This document shows positions 50,096 to 60,620 of a stretch of DNA of 64,000 nucleotides, piece by piece. How positions within the stretch are numbered: the stretch's first letter is position 1; each line of letters starts with the position of its first letter. The position numbers and the translations under genes were made by a program. Below the pieces are notes generated by a model. That model searched no databases and had not been told where the DNA came from. It saw nothing but the letters and a program-made list of their open reading frames with translations. The stretch is from Candidatus Bathyarchaeota archaeon (GTDB lineage Archaea > Thermoproteota > Bathyarchaeia > Bathyarchaeales > Bathycorpusculaceae), in contig CAVZJV010000014.1 of NCBI GenBank assembly GCA_963775685.1, forward strand, positions 832,001 to 896,000, in the 5' to 3' direction.

Positions 50096-50581
50096 TTGAG
50101 CACATTAACCTACAAATCTATTGGCGTAGTGCATTCGCCCTTTAAGGAGCCAAAAAACGTTCCAATACAAGCTATAGCCTCAAAAGGCGTCGCAGGAACG
50201 CTAGAAATTTATCCCGAATATGTTGAAGGTTTACGAGACTTAGAAGGTTTTTCTCATCTTATTTTGCTCTATCATTTTCATTTGGTAAAAGACTGCTCGC
50301 TAACAGTAATGCCATTCTTAGATGACAAAAGCCACGGAGTATTTGCTACACGCTCACCAGCTAGACCGAATAAAATCGGCTTTTCAATAGTGGGGCTCAC
50401 AGGAATCGAAAACAACATCTTACAGATTCAAGATGTAGACATTATTGACCTAACCCCCCTGCTAGACATCAAGCCCTTTGTTCCGGAGTTTGACTGCAGG
50501 GCGACATCCAAAATAGGCTGGTTAAGCGGTAAAATAGTTAAACTTCAAACCACTAAAGACGATGGCAGATTTCGCAAATAA
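50096..50581 (+). CDS. trmO: tRNA (t6A37) N6-methyltransferase TrmO/TsaA family
   Basis: IGVVHSPF, GLRDLEGFSHL, GVFATRSPARPN and TPLLDIKP. Confidence 0.88.
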   Translation: MSTLTYKSIGVVHSPFKEPKNVPIQAIASKGVAGTLEIYPEYVEGLRDLEGFSHLILLYHFHLVKDCSLTVMPFLDDKSHGVFATRSPARPNKIGFSIVGLTGIENNILQIQDVDIIDLTPLLDIKPFVPEFDCRATSKIGWLSGKIVKLQTTKDDGRFRK

Positions 50582-50993
50582 CAACCATCCATTCAATTGA
50601 ATAAGCGTGTTTTTTCCTCCTTGGTCATTGTTTCGAGCTTTTAGCTTGTTTAAGTTAAACCAAATTATTGGTGTGCTATCGTGTTTGTTTTAGCAGCTTT
50701 TTTGGCTAATATGGTTGCGAAAGACAGAAATCAGTTGAATTGCTTTTTGTGCTTCTCATTGCCGTGACTATAAAATGAGTCAAGCGTCTGACTTCCAAAC
50801 GTTTGATATTAAATCATCCTCAAAGGAAGGATAATTTAACCAACCTTGGAAAAGAAAGGCAAGTCCGTTTTCTTAACCTGTAGGTGTCGAAAGGCCTTTT
50901 TACTGGCTTGTGTGGGCAGTTTTTTTAACTTGTTGGTAAACATGAAACTAAATTCTCAAACCCCAATCTTATCCTAACTTAGGAGGATTAAAA

Positions 50994-51739
50994 ATGTGTG
51001 AATCAGCCATTAAAATTGAGCATTTAACCAAAAAGTTTGAAGACAAAACGGCCGTAGAAAACTTAACGTTGCAGGTTGCTAAGGGGGAGTTATTTGGTCT
51101 TTTGGGACCCAATGGAGCGGGAAAAACAACCACAATTAGCATTCTTTGTGGACTCATAAAGCCCACAAGCGGCACAGCCCAAATCTACGGCTTTGACATT
51201 GGAAACGACACTCAGAAAGTTAAGGAGCTGCTGGGCGTTTGCATCCAAGAAACAGCCATCTATCCCTACTTGACTGGGACTGAAAACCTGGTGCTTTTTG
51301 GGAACCTGTATGGCATGGACAAGAAGGAAATCCGGGAGAGAAGCAAGATGCTGCTTGAGCGAATGGGACTAAAAGATGATGCAAAAAGGATAACAGCAAA
51401 GTACAGCGGGGGAATGAAACGGCGATTAAGCCTTGCGCTCTCAATGATCCATGACCCGCAAATGGCTTTTCTCGATGAGCCAACTGTTGCCATGGATCCG
51501 CAATCTCGGCATGCCGTCTGGGACTTTATAAAAGAACAAAAATCAAAGGCAAAACCATTATCTTAACTACCCACTATATGGAGGAGGCCGAAGAACTCTG
51601 CGACCGAATTGGTATAATCGACCACGGCAAACTCATTGCGTTAGGCACACCCAAAGAGCTCATAGCAAAAAACAATGTCAAAAACTTAGAGGAAGTCTTC
51701 ATCGAACTCACAGGTCGAAACATGCGGGAGGAAGTTTAA
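50994..51739 (+). CDS. ABC-2 exporter ATP-binding subunit (indel near 51555)
   Basis: [23 protein letters not shown]; continues [15 protein letters not shown] in the shifted frame. Confidence 0.9.
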
Positions 51740-52897
51740 ATGAAGATGCAAAGAGTCCTCGCCTTAACCAAGAAAGAAATGAAGAAAACCATCCGTGAAC
51801 CCGCAGTACTGTTCATGATTTTCCTTTTTCCAATCGTGTTCGTGTTTGCTTTCGGGGCGTCGTTTGGAGGATTTGGCGGTAGTCAAACAGCAACCTATCA
51901 AGTTGGAGTAGTCAACTTGGATGCAACTAACCAACAATGGTCACATATATTCACTGATAGCTTATCCAATGTAACAATTCTAAAAGTAAACACCTATACA
52001 GATAATCGATCTGCCCAGTCAGATTTAAGTCAGGGAAAAATCCAAGCAGTCGTAGTGATTCCTAGCAGCTTCAGTGATAGCTTAACTTCATATTATGCAG
52101 CACCAAATCAGCCAAATCAATGGGTCAACGCAACAGTTCCATTGTACTTAGATAAGGGATCCATGGTTGCAACCCAAGCGGTTCCGCCAATCATCGGGCA
52201 AGTGCTATCTGCCCTAACAAGCCAAAACCCGAATGTATTTCAAAGCCCAATTCATCTGCAAACTGCCTCGCTAGTAGAAGTAAAACAATCCTCGGCGCTG
52301 GATTTCATTGCTCCGGGCATGTTCACGTTTGCTTCGATATTCCTTATAATGATGGTTGCGCAGTCGTTCACTCAGGATCGAGAAAATGGCATGATGAAAC
52401 GCATCCGTATCTCGCCGACAACCCCGTCTGAGTTTATGGCAAGTCAGGTTGTCTCGTACATGGGCATAGCGTTAATCCAGGCAGCTTTAGTGTTCGTAAT
52501 GACGTACGCTATGGGATTCAAACCAGCTGTTGGTGTGCCAGCTTACGCGTTTACGTTTATCTTGGTGCTAGTGTTCTCCGTGTCCAACGTAGGCTTTGGC
52601 TTAATCACCGCAACCGTTGCAAAGTCGTCAAGTGCAGCCACAGGCATAGCGTTCCTTTTCGTGCTACCGCAATTGTTCCTTGGTACTTTCGTTGGTGCAT
52701 CGCGCTCTGGTGGCGCACAAATGGTCGGCAAATTCATCCCAAGCTACTACGTCACAGATGCGCTGACCTCAGTATTTGTCCGCGACGCAGCAATCTCAAG
52801 CCCAACCATACTCATAGACTTAGCAGTCGTTTCAGTCTCTTGCGTTGTCATCTTGACAGTCGGTATAGTGCTGTATGCAAAATACTATAAAATCTGA
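51740..52897 (+). CDS. ABC-2 type permease
   Basis: N-terminal TM, extracellular loop, FIAPGM, DRENGMMKRI..P and six TMs. Confidence 0.9.
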   Translation: MKMQRVLALTKKEMKKTIREPAVLFMIFLFPIVFVFAFGASFGGFGGSQTATYQVGVVNLDATNQQWSHIFTDSLSNVTILKVNTYTDNRSAQSDLSQGKIQAVVVIPSSFSDSLTSYYAAPNQPNQWVNATVPLYLDKGSMVATQAVPPIIGQVLSALTSQNPNVFQSPIHLQTASLVEVKQSSALDFIAPGMFTFASIFLIMMVAQSFTQDRENGMMKRIRISPTTPSEFMASQVVSYMGIALIQAALVFVMTYAMGFKPAVGVPAYAFTFILVLVFSVSNVGFGLITATVAKSSSAATGIAFLFVLPQLFLGTFVGASRSGGAQMVGKFIPSYYVTDALTSVFVRDAAISSPTILIDLAVVSVSCVVILTVGIVLYAKYYKI

Positions 52898-52977
52898 ATC
52901 CCCTCTTTCTTTTTGTTTTAGTCAATTATCTTTAACAGCAGGTATTACTTTTTTAAGCTACAGGCAGGCTGATTGTT

Positions 52978-53604
52978 GTGGTTGATACTTGGCGTGAACC
53001 TTATCAAGTTGTAATGGAAGTTGAAAACAAGAAGTGCAAGATGGTTGGGAAACTGGCGTCGTTGGGTTTTAGGCATCTAAAAGTCGTTGATGTGCGCAGT
53101 TCAAACAGTGGCTCTGTTCGGCACCTAATGGATGTAGGAGAAGACCAGGCCAAGAAGGTCCCCAAAGAACTCGCCGCCAAAGGACACGTGGAAGGCAAAT
53201 CTGCAGTGTGGCTTGAAAGCGAAGGCTGTGAAGTCTGCAACACAATTTTGGACCATGGGGCGTTTTTGGTGTCGGGAAAAAGCATGCAAAACCACATCAT
53301 AACCTACAGCTTCATGGTACCCACTTTTGAAGCCTACCAGGGGATCATAGCTGACCTTGAAAAAACAGGTCATTCGGTTAATGTGCGTAAAATTGGCAAG
53401 TTTGAACAGCACATTGGGGTTTTGACTGAGAATCAGGAGAGGATTTTTTGGTTGGCACTTAAAAGCGGCTTTTTTGATTATCCGCGGCAGGTTGGCATGG
53501 CCGAGTTGGCAGCGAAGTTGGGCATCAGCGCTGGGACGCTCTCTGAAATTATGCGTCGAGGAACACGCAGACTTCTTGAACACTATTTTAAGAGGGAACT
53601 CTAA
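52978..53604 (+). CDS. HTH-10 (Bat-like) transcriptional regulator
   Basis: LTENQERI..A.KSGFFDYPRQV...LAAKLGISAGTLSEIMRRG. Confidence 0.88.
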   Translation: MVDTWREPYQVVMEVENKKCKMVGKLASLGFRHLKVVDVRSSNSGSVRHLMDVGEDQAKKVPKELAAKGHVEGKSAVWLESEGCEVCNTILDHGAFLVSGKSMQNHIITYSFMVPTFEAYQGIIADLEKTGHSVNVRKIGKFEQHIGVLTENQERIFWLALKSGFFDYPRQVGMAELAAKLGISAGTLSEIMRRGTRRLLEHYFKREL

Positions 53605-53803
53605 TCTCTAAGACACAAAGGGACTTCTGCTTTCAAGGGACCTTTCTTCTGTATCTGTATAAACAGGTTCAATCTTTGAGCAAACCTATGGTTCATTTTC
53701 TAACTTATTGACCCTCTAAATGAAAAGGTTAGTTTCAGCGTCGCGAACGGTTTATATCAAACAACTCCAAAAATAGTATGTGTTATTATGGAGTATGTTG
53801 TAA

Positions 53804-54130
53804 ATGAGTGCTGAACCTTTTCATGTAACGGATTCGAATTTTGATGAAACTCTAAAGAAAAATAAGCTGGTTTTTGTGGATTTCTGGGCTAACTGGTGCG
53901 GTCCATGCAGGGCTTTAGCGCCAATTATCGTGGAACTATCCAAAGAATACAGTGGCAAAATCTTAATAGGCAAACTCGACGTCGATGAGAACCCAGCAAC
54001 TGCAGAAAAATTCCAAGTCTTCAGCATACCAACCATGATAGTCTTTAAGGATGGCAAGGAAGCGGAACGACTTGTGGGTTTGTGTCCTAAAAACAGAATA
54101 ACTGAAGCACTGCAGAAGCATTCAATGTAG
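53804..54130 (+). CDS. trxA: Thioredoxin
   Basis: VDFWANWCGPC and SIPT. Confidence 0.95.
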   Translation: MSAEPFHVTDSNFDETLKKNKLVFVDFWANWCGPCRALAPIIVELSKEYSGKILIGKLDVDENPATAEKFQVFSIPTMIVFKDGKEAERLVGLCPKNRITEALQKHSM

Positions 54131-54132
54131 TT

Positions 54133-54765
54133 TTAAATGCCACTTTTCATTTTTTCATACATTTTTTCAAAAGTCCAACGGATGCTTGACTTAAGCTCTT
54201 TGAGTCGTTCGTCATCGACGTTTTTAATTATTATTTCTCGTATTAGGTCGTCTTCGTGTGCTATGTTGTAGGAGAACATTTTATCGGTTCCTAACTGCCC
54301 TAGTCGAACTAGTTCTTTGTCTTTTTCCTGCATTTTCGCAAAAACTTTCTCAACTAGGAAATTAGTGAAAGGCGGTGTGTTTACGCTAAAGTTTTTGCTC
54401 TCATCAGGCAACACATGTATTGTTTGTTTTTCAAAGTACATGAGTGCTAAGGGTTCATCTGCCATGGTTTTTAGGGGTATGACGCTTTCGGGTTCGGTGT
54501 GTTGTTGAGTAGGGGCTGGTTTGGGCGGTTCGGGTTCGTGTTTTGGCAAGACCACTTCTTGAGGAATCGGCGTGGACATAATGGGGACTTCTTTGATGTC
54601 ACCGCGTTTAAATCCCTTTTCAAGAAGGATTTGGTTGACGGCGTCAAGGGTTGCTTGGACTTCTTTGGTTTCCTCGGTTAACTTTTCAAGTTGCTCTTCC
54701 AGCCGTTTTTTTAGAGCAATCATGGATTTCATTTTTTCTGGGTCTAAAGACAAGCCAATCAGCAC
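54133..54765 (-). CDS. Hypothetical protein (N-terminal coiled coil, Pro-rich linker), downstream of lig
   Basis: 210-aa ORF with ordinary composition, co-oriented with the ligase. Confidence 0.75.
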   Translation of the reverse strand: MLIGLSLDPEKMKSMIALKKRLEEQLEKLTEETKEVQATLDAVNQILLEKGFKRGDIKEVPIMSTPIPQEVVLPKHEPEPPKPAPTQQHTEPESVIPLKTMADEPLALMYFEKQTIHVLPDESKNFSVNTPPFTNFLVEKVFAKMQEKDKELVRLGQLGTDKMFSYNIAHEDDLIREIIIKNVDDERLKELKSSIRWTFEKMYEKMKSGI

Positions 54766-54799
54766 TCGTAACTACTAGCGCGTTTGGTGCTTATCAGTT

Positions 54800-56572
54800 T
54801 TAGCTTTTTGGTTCTCCGCCGATTTTCTTTAGTTGGCCACGGTACATCTCGATGATTTCCTTAGGTGATGTAGCGTCTTCGGGGGTTTTGTCGGTGCGGT
54901 ATTTACCTGTGAACCTCGGAAAACGGATAGCCAAGCCAGCGTCTTTACGGATTGAGTTCATGGCGGCCATGTGGATGGGGCTTAGGGTGACTTCTGCGCC
55001 TAAAATCTCTAAAACTACTGCTGGCTCAAACCAAACGTCTGCCTCCAGTGTTGATTGAACTCGGCTGTTTTTGCGGGGGATTATATGTTTTTGGAGCATT
55101 TCATGAAGCTCTGCTAGATCTTTGTCAGTGAAGCCCGTACCGCATTTGGTTACTGTTTCAAATGTATCCGTTTGTTTGTTGTAAGTAGCCAGCAGAAGAG
55201 CACCATAGGTTCCCACGCGTTTGCCTCTGCCGTGAAAGGCGCCTACCACAACCAAGTCAACGGTATCAGTCATCTCGCTTTTGTAGTCGCGTTTGTATTT
55301 TATCCAGAGCCAACCACGGTCTCCCGCTTGGTAAACGGAGTCTTTTGCGATGGATTTGCACATTAAGCCTTCGCAACCTTCAGCTATGGCTTGTTCAAAG
55401 AAATCCTCCAGTTCCTTGGAATTGTTGACGAGTTTTTGGGTTGCAGGTTTCATGCGGTCGCCTTGCCTGATGATTTTTTCTAGCGCTTTTCGTCTTTGTG
55501 GAAACGGTTCTTGGGTTAGATCTTTGCCATTGACAAAGAGTGCGTCGAATGCGAACAGCGAAATCGGGTATTCCTCGATGGCTGCTTCTATGCCGTATTT
55601 GCGCCTTCGGTGCATTAGCTCTTGAAAAGGACGCATTTCGCCCGTTTCCAGATCCATGGCTACGCATTCGGCTTCCAAAATGGCTTCTTGAGCCTCAATT
55701 TTTTCTTTGATCAAATCAACTGCGTCGGGGTACTGATCAGAAATGTTCTCCAGCCGCCTAGAATACAAAACTACCTTGCCCTCTTTTTTGTGGGCTTGAA
55801 TCCGTTCGCCATCGTATTTGTACTCGGCTACGCATTTGCCGCTGAACTTTTCCAAAATCTCCTCTGGACCCCCAAGCCGCTCAGCCAGCATGGGTCGTAT
55901 GGGCTCAAAGACCATAACTTGGAACTTTTGGATACCCTCCAAGCCCTTCTCGGCAACGATGTTCGCTACTCTGCCCAAATCTGAAGATATGTTGTAGGCG
56001 CGTTCGATGAGTTCGCGGGCTTCTTTTCCGCCGCCATAAGCAATTGCCAATGCGTCAAGCACTGTCATGTCGGCGATACCCAAGCGCAGGTTACCGGTGA
56101 CTGTTCGAATTATCCATTTTGCCTCTTTTGGTGAAGCGTCAGTTAATAATCCGCAGAGAAGCGCCATTTTCGTGTCCACGGCACCGCTGCCTGAGGTTTT
56201 TGCGAGTTTGTCAAGCGTCTCGTAAACGTGTTTGGTGGTGAGTGTTTTGGTGAAGAAGGTGGATTGTTTGCGTTTTGTTAGTTGTTTTTCGGAGGTTTCG
56301 CCGATGTCGCCGCTTTTTTGTAGCTCAGTGTTGATTATGCTCTCGCTTTGCCCGGCTGCGCGGGAGAGAGCTTTTATGGCGAGTTTTTCAGCCACACCCA
56401 TCTCGATACCCTCAAAGTCAGGGTACAATTTGCCCTGTGTCAAATAAACAACCCTTGAAAGGATGTCCTTTGGGGTTTTCTTCAATAATTCAACTAGTAA
56501 ATCGGTCATTTCTAAGCGTTTGGTGGTTGCCTCGATCTTTTCGTATGCGTCAGCGATTATTGCGTAATCCAT
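54800..56572 (-). CDS. lig: ATP-dependent DNA ligase
   Basis: EYKYDGER, EGLMCK, WIKYKRDY, DLVVVG and RFPRF; start placed at MDYAII. Confidence 0.96.
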   Translation of the reverse strand: MDYAIIADAYEKIEATTKRLEMTDLLVELLKKTPKDILSRVVYLTQGKLYPDFEGIEMGVAEKLAIKALSRAAGQSESIINTELQKSGDIGETSEKQLTKRKQSTFFTKTLTTKHVYETLDKLAKTSGSGAVDTKMALLCGLLTDASPKEAKWIIRTVTGNLRLGIADMTVLDALAIAYGGGKEARELIERAYNISSDLGRVANIVAEKGLEGIQKFQVMVFEPIRPMLAERLGGPEEILEKFSGKCVAEYKYDGERIQAHKKEGKVVLYSRRLENISDQYPDAVDLIKEKIEAQEAILEAECVAMDLETGEMRPFQELMHRRRKYGIEAAIEEYPISLFAFDALFVNGKDLTQEPFPQRRKALEKIIRQGDRMKPATQKLVNNSKELEDFFEQAIAEGCEGLMCKSIAKDSVYQAGDRGWLWIKYKRDYKSEMTDTVDLVVVGAFHGRGKRVGTYGALLLATYNKQTDTFETVTKCGTGFTDKDLAELHEMLQKHIIPRKNSRVQSTLEADVWFEPAVVLEILGAEVTLSPIHMAAMNSIRKDAGLAIRFPRFTGKYRTDKTPEDATSPKEIIEMYRGQLKKIGGEPKS

Positions 56573-56671
56573 GTTTTTGCTCACACAAAAATACTGCTTG
56601 GCTGAACTTTTAAACATACCACATAGACTGAATGGGAAGATTTTATTAACCAAATAAACAGTAATTTAACT

Positions 56672-57081
56672 ATGGACCCATGTGTAGTTTGTTTTTCTAG
56701 AACATGAAACACTAAACGGTTAGCCCAAGCAATAGCCGACACAGCAAACGCACCTCTCATGGATATATCGGGAACATTGCCCACAACCATCGAAACTTTT
56801 GATCCGCTCATTTTAGGAACGCCAGTTGAGGGGTCAAGCCCCGCCAAAGAAACGCGTTCTTTCATAGATGGCATGTCCAAGGTGGAGGACAAAAAAGCCA
56901 TCCTGTTCTGCACTTACCGCATCTTTGGCAACGAACGAACAATGAAAGCCATGGAAAAAGAGTTGAAAAATAAGGGGTATGAAACAATTTTGAAGGTCTC
57001 AAAGAAAGGCATGAAGCCTGAAAAAGAAGTGACTTCTCGGAAATTATCGCTGAAGTAAAACAAGCCCTGCAAAAACTTTAG
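56672..57081 (+). pseudogene. Flavodoxin-like protein with an in-frame TGA (56705) and a 3' indel
   Basis: CFSRT*NTKRLAQAIAD (SxTGNT FMN loop), LGTPV, LFCTY. Confidence 0.7.
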
Positions 57082-57159
57082 CGTCAGCAAAATAGAAATT
57101 AAAGAAAAATAAAAGAAAACGGGAAAAAAATTTTTCCATGTTTAAAAATTGACAGATTA

Positions 57160-57297
57160 CTAAATTGTTGATTTAGAAGAGTCAACTAAATGGGCTGTTC
57201 CGTCTGGGCAGTAGACTTTTTCGCCTTTCTCAGTGACGCAAAATCGTTTACTGCACTGCTTCATTTGGGAGCATCCGTCGCAATCTCGTGATAACAT
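57160..57297 (-). CDS. Small Cys-rich protein (45 aa)
   Basis: MLSRDCDGCSQMKQCSKRFCVTEKGEKVYCPDGTAHLVDSSKSTI, with GGAGG upstream. Confidence 0.55.
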   Translation of the reverse strand: MLSRDCDGCSQMKQCSKRFCVTEKGEKVYCPDGTAHLVDSSKSTI

Positions 57298-57685
57298 TCT
57301 TGTTCTTTTCCTCCTTGTGATTATGATTTTTTTCATCGACAGTCTAACACATGTTTTTCTGAATTGGTGTTATCACCTATTCACACTTGTGTCTCATGTC
57401 ATTGAAGTTCACACATTAACATTGAAGGCGCTTTTAAACATTATGAATTTTGCATGGATAGTTTCCAGTTATCCTATTCAGCAGCTTAAACATCAGAACA
57501 AATCAGAAGACGCTATGCACACTATCTCACTAAGTGACCCTATTGGATGGTCCTTTGACTCTCCTAACTATGGCGTCCAAAAAGCCATTTGCCTAAAACT
57601 CATTTTGAAAGGATTTGTTTGAACCATAAAGACTGTTTCTTCTCGTTTGTAGCGTAACAGTCTTAAGTTCTAATGTTGAATTACT

Positions 57686-57752
57686 GTGTGGATGATGAGC
57701 ACTAGAGTCTGAGCTTTGGCAGTGAGATGGACTCGACGGGCGAACTGACAAC
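57686..57752 (+). ncRNA. C/D box methylation-guide sRNA
   Basis: Box C ATGATGA (57692-98), 10-nt guide, D' CTGA (57709-12), degenerate C', second guide, D CTGA (57745-48); TATA-like CTTAAGT about 25 nt upstream; intergenic. Confidence 0.8.
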
Positions 57753-57843
57753 GTTAAGCGAAAAACTTAATCAATAGAGCAACATTGACAAGTAGCTAAA
57801 TCACAGGTTAATTGGCGCACATGAATCGAGGTGAACAATAAAA

Positions 57844-58122
57844 ATGGTTGAAATGAAAGTTAAAGCTTCAGAACTCAAAGGTGAAGAGAGTAAACTGATT
57901 GAGAAACTAGCCGATTTCCTCAAGGAAAAAACAGGCGGAGACGTATCAACAGACTCAAAAGTCATCACGGTAAAAGGTGAAGGTGAAGCTCTCTCAAAGA
58001 AATACGTGCGAATCACTGTTAAAAAGTTCTTGCATAAACATGAGTTGACAGAAACCTTCAAAGTTATCGGTGATGAAGAAGCACTTAAAGTTAAAGAGCG
58101 AAAACTCGAAGAGGAAGATTAA
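57844..58122 (+). CDS. rpl22e: Ribosomal protein eL22-like
   Basis: LADFLKEK and LSKKYVRITVKKFLHKHEL..FKVI resemble eukaryotic eL22 SKRYLKYLTKKYLKK..LRVV; acidic tail. Confidence 0.7.
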   Translation: MVEMKVKASELKGEESKLIEKLADFLKEKTGGDVSTDSKVITVKGEGEALSKKYVRITVKKFLHKHELTETFKVIGDEEALKVKERKLEEED

Positions 58123-58278
58123 ACCTTTCTCTTTCATATTTTAGTTAATTTTTGTTTGCATTGAATTATCTTTTCTTTTTTTCTGCCGTCCTATTCCCTG
58201 AACACCTTGTTCCAAAGCTTAGCATTAAATCAAAACAGCCCTAACTTGTAGATATCCTGAGATTGTGAGGCTGAAGAA

Positions 58279-58452
58279 ATGAGGAAAATAATAGTGGTTG
58301 GCACTATGGTTAGTTTATTTTCGTTAATATCATTGATTGTTATCTTTACTTTTCTTTGTGCAGCGGTGCAAGCCATCAACCCTTTGGCTGCCTTTACAGC
58401 TGTGTTTGTAGCCTTAATCGGCATTATTTGGTTCAAGAAAACTAACAGTTAA
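58279..58452 (+). CDS. Small two-TM membrane protein (57 aa)
   Basis: MRKIIVVGTMVSLFSLISLIVIFTFLCAAVQAINPLAAFTAVFVALIGIIWFKKTNS. Confidence 0.45.
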   Translation: MRKIIVVGTMVSLFSLISLIVIFTFLCAAVQAINPLAAFTAVFVALIGIIWFKKTNS

Positions 58453-58593
58453 TTCCTTTAGGTTACAGCAACCATACCTTGTTAGAACTGTTTCGTGGTG
58501 AGCAGCTTTAGTGGGAGGCGGCGCCTGTCGGTTTTTGAGGGGTTGGTTGCAATAATCAATATATTCAGAGGTAGCCATCCTGCAGTTATGAGT

Positions 58594-59045
58594 ATGTATC
58601 GGACCGGTGTTGCGAACCTGCCCTTGCATGGTGGCAAGGCCCCTTCTTGGCTTACGGTGCGCATGCGTAAATTAGCCAAAGAAATAGCTAAGATCATGAT
58701 TGAAGAGCAGGGCACAGCCAAATTTATCGCGCGTCTTAGTGATCCCTTTTGGTTTCAGGCTTTTGGTTGCGTGTTGGCTTATGACTGGCACAGCAGCGGA
58801 GTAACCACCGTGGTCACAGGCATCCTCAAAGGTGCACTGTCGCCCGAGGAACATGGCGTTGCTGTTTGCGGGGGTAAAGGCAAAACCAGCCGAAAAACGC
58901 CCAGCGACATCGCGGCAGTCGGCGAAAAATTTGGTTTCTCCCAAGAAACTGTCGATGACCTAACCTACACGAGCCGTATAACCGCCAAAGTCGACAACAC
59001 CGCCATCCAAGCCGGTTATCAACTCTGAACCTCATGCTTTTTTCG
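58594..59045 (+). pseudogene. 5' part of a DUF763 gene, truncated at the mobile-element junction
   Basis: GVANLPLHGGKAP.WL, LSDPFWFQAFGCVL.YDWHSSGVTT, AKVDNTAIQAGYQL, then residual CAT GCT TTT TTC (HAFF). Confidence 0.85.
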
Positions 59046-59057
59046 CTATTACCACGT

Positions 59058-60234
59058 CTATGTCAGCCTCGAATAGAGTTTAACTGTTCTGCCGTCTTTG
59101 TCTATTCCAGTGTCGTATAGTTCATAGCCTAATGTCCTAAGTTCCTCTTGTTCATCAATCGTGTAAGCCCTAGGAGTTTCATAGGTACAAGCCTGGTCAT
59201 CGAAAGTGCCAAAATATTTCTCTGTGCTGCTTAAGCGTTTGTGACCTAATCGGGCTTGAACCTTGCGAACGTTGAATCTGGTTTTCTTGTATGTTTGATC
59301 GGCGTAATAGCGTCTAAAGCTGTGGTGATGAATGTTTAACAGATTTGGCATACTGAGTTTTTTGGCTATGCGGTTTCTGGATCGTGCAAATGTTGATTGA
59401 AGAGTGCGTTTGTTTGGGTTAAAGACGTTAGGGCTGTATTTCTTTGGTAGCGCTAACAGCATTGCAATACATTGTTCGGTAACAGTGATATGTCGCGCCT
59501 TGCTGCCCTTCTCTGGATGGTTAATGTAGATTATCTTGGCTTGTGCGTCAATCTCTTTTTCCAGTAACCGCGCCATTTCCCCAACTCTAATGCCGGTGTC
59601 TGCCAATGCTTGACATAACGCTGCTTGTTCTCTGCCCAAGTTTTGTATTAAAGTTGTGACTTCATAGGGTTTAGGCGTGTATTGTTCCTTAGAATCATAT
59701 GTTATCTTTGGCTTATCAAATGGTATTTTGAACGCTTTAGTATAACTTAGGTAGGCTTGGACATAATGGAATTTTGAAGCATCAGTGAAACCTTCAGTTG
59801 CAAGAATCGTTAGGAAGCTATCGGGGTTGTCTAAGTTTGTGCCTCTTTTCATCGAATACTTCTAAACGGAAAACTCGGTGTGCTATAGTTGTGTCTGCTA
59901 TATTACGTAACTTCTCTTTCCATATGTATTGTATTAGTCGCGTGTCTAAGTTGGTTTTTTCACCAGCGATAGCTCGTTTAACTATCGCTTGAATGGTCAA
60001 GTTTTTCGCATCCTTGTTTGGTAGCGCATACTTGGCTATTGGTGTATTCTGTGCTTGAGTTTTTAAGGCTTGGGGGTCTGTGAATCTGTAACCACACTTT
60101 TTGCATGAAAAACGCTGTGCGTCTGATCCATCGCTTAAAGTGCGGTGCCCAGAGCATTGTGTCTTTTCAGAGCCACATTCAGGACAACAAGGCAAAATGA
60201 TACTTTTAAGGTCAGCTAAGGCTTGAAGTTTCAA
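59058..60234 (-). CDS. Tyrosine recombinase/integrase with N-terminal Zn ribbon (indel near 59850)
   Basis: CPECGS..QRFSCKKCGYRF; catalytic set TGIRVGE, PEKGS, HSFR, LGHK, TEKY. Confidence 0.85.
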
Positions 60235-60376
60235 TTAAACTTCACTCCTTTAACATCAACACTTTTGGAAATACTGCGTAAATGTTCACTCAACGAGTTA
60301 GCATGGATATGAAATTCTTTTACTTCCGCTTCTATCGCAACGTATCTAACTTGGAAATAATAAAAGCAAGTCAACG

Positions 60377-60586
60377 TTAAACTTCCCTCTTTGAAACTTG
60401 AATGTATTGGAAAAAAACATCTTTCTCGTCGTTGTACATCTTGGGTGATGTGGGTTCACAATCGAAAGCTAACTTCAAATAATCAAGAAGTTGGTCAGGA
60501 AATTCCTTATTTTTTGAAATTATTTTTATTGTTGTTTCAAACGTAGGGGGTTTAATGGAAATTAAACTACTATCTGCTATCACCAT
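60377..60586 (-). CDS. Small hypothetical protein
   Basis: 69-aa ORF co-oriented with element genes; ends in a GGGAAG-type coupling sequence. Confidence 0.45.
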   Translation of the reverse strand: MVIADSSLISIKPPTFETTIKIISKNKEFPDQLLDYLKLAFDCEPTSPKMYNDEKDVFFQYIQVSKREV

Positions 60587-60620
60587 CTGCTATATACACC
60601 ATAAGAAAAAAGCAAAATTG

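Noticed and set aside
56705-56707. In-frame TGA in the flavodoxin as possible selenocysteine
   Set aside because: The position corresponds to the Gly of SxTGNT (GGA to TGA), not a Cys, and the gene also has an indel.
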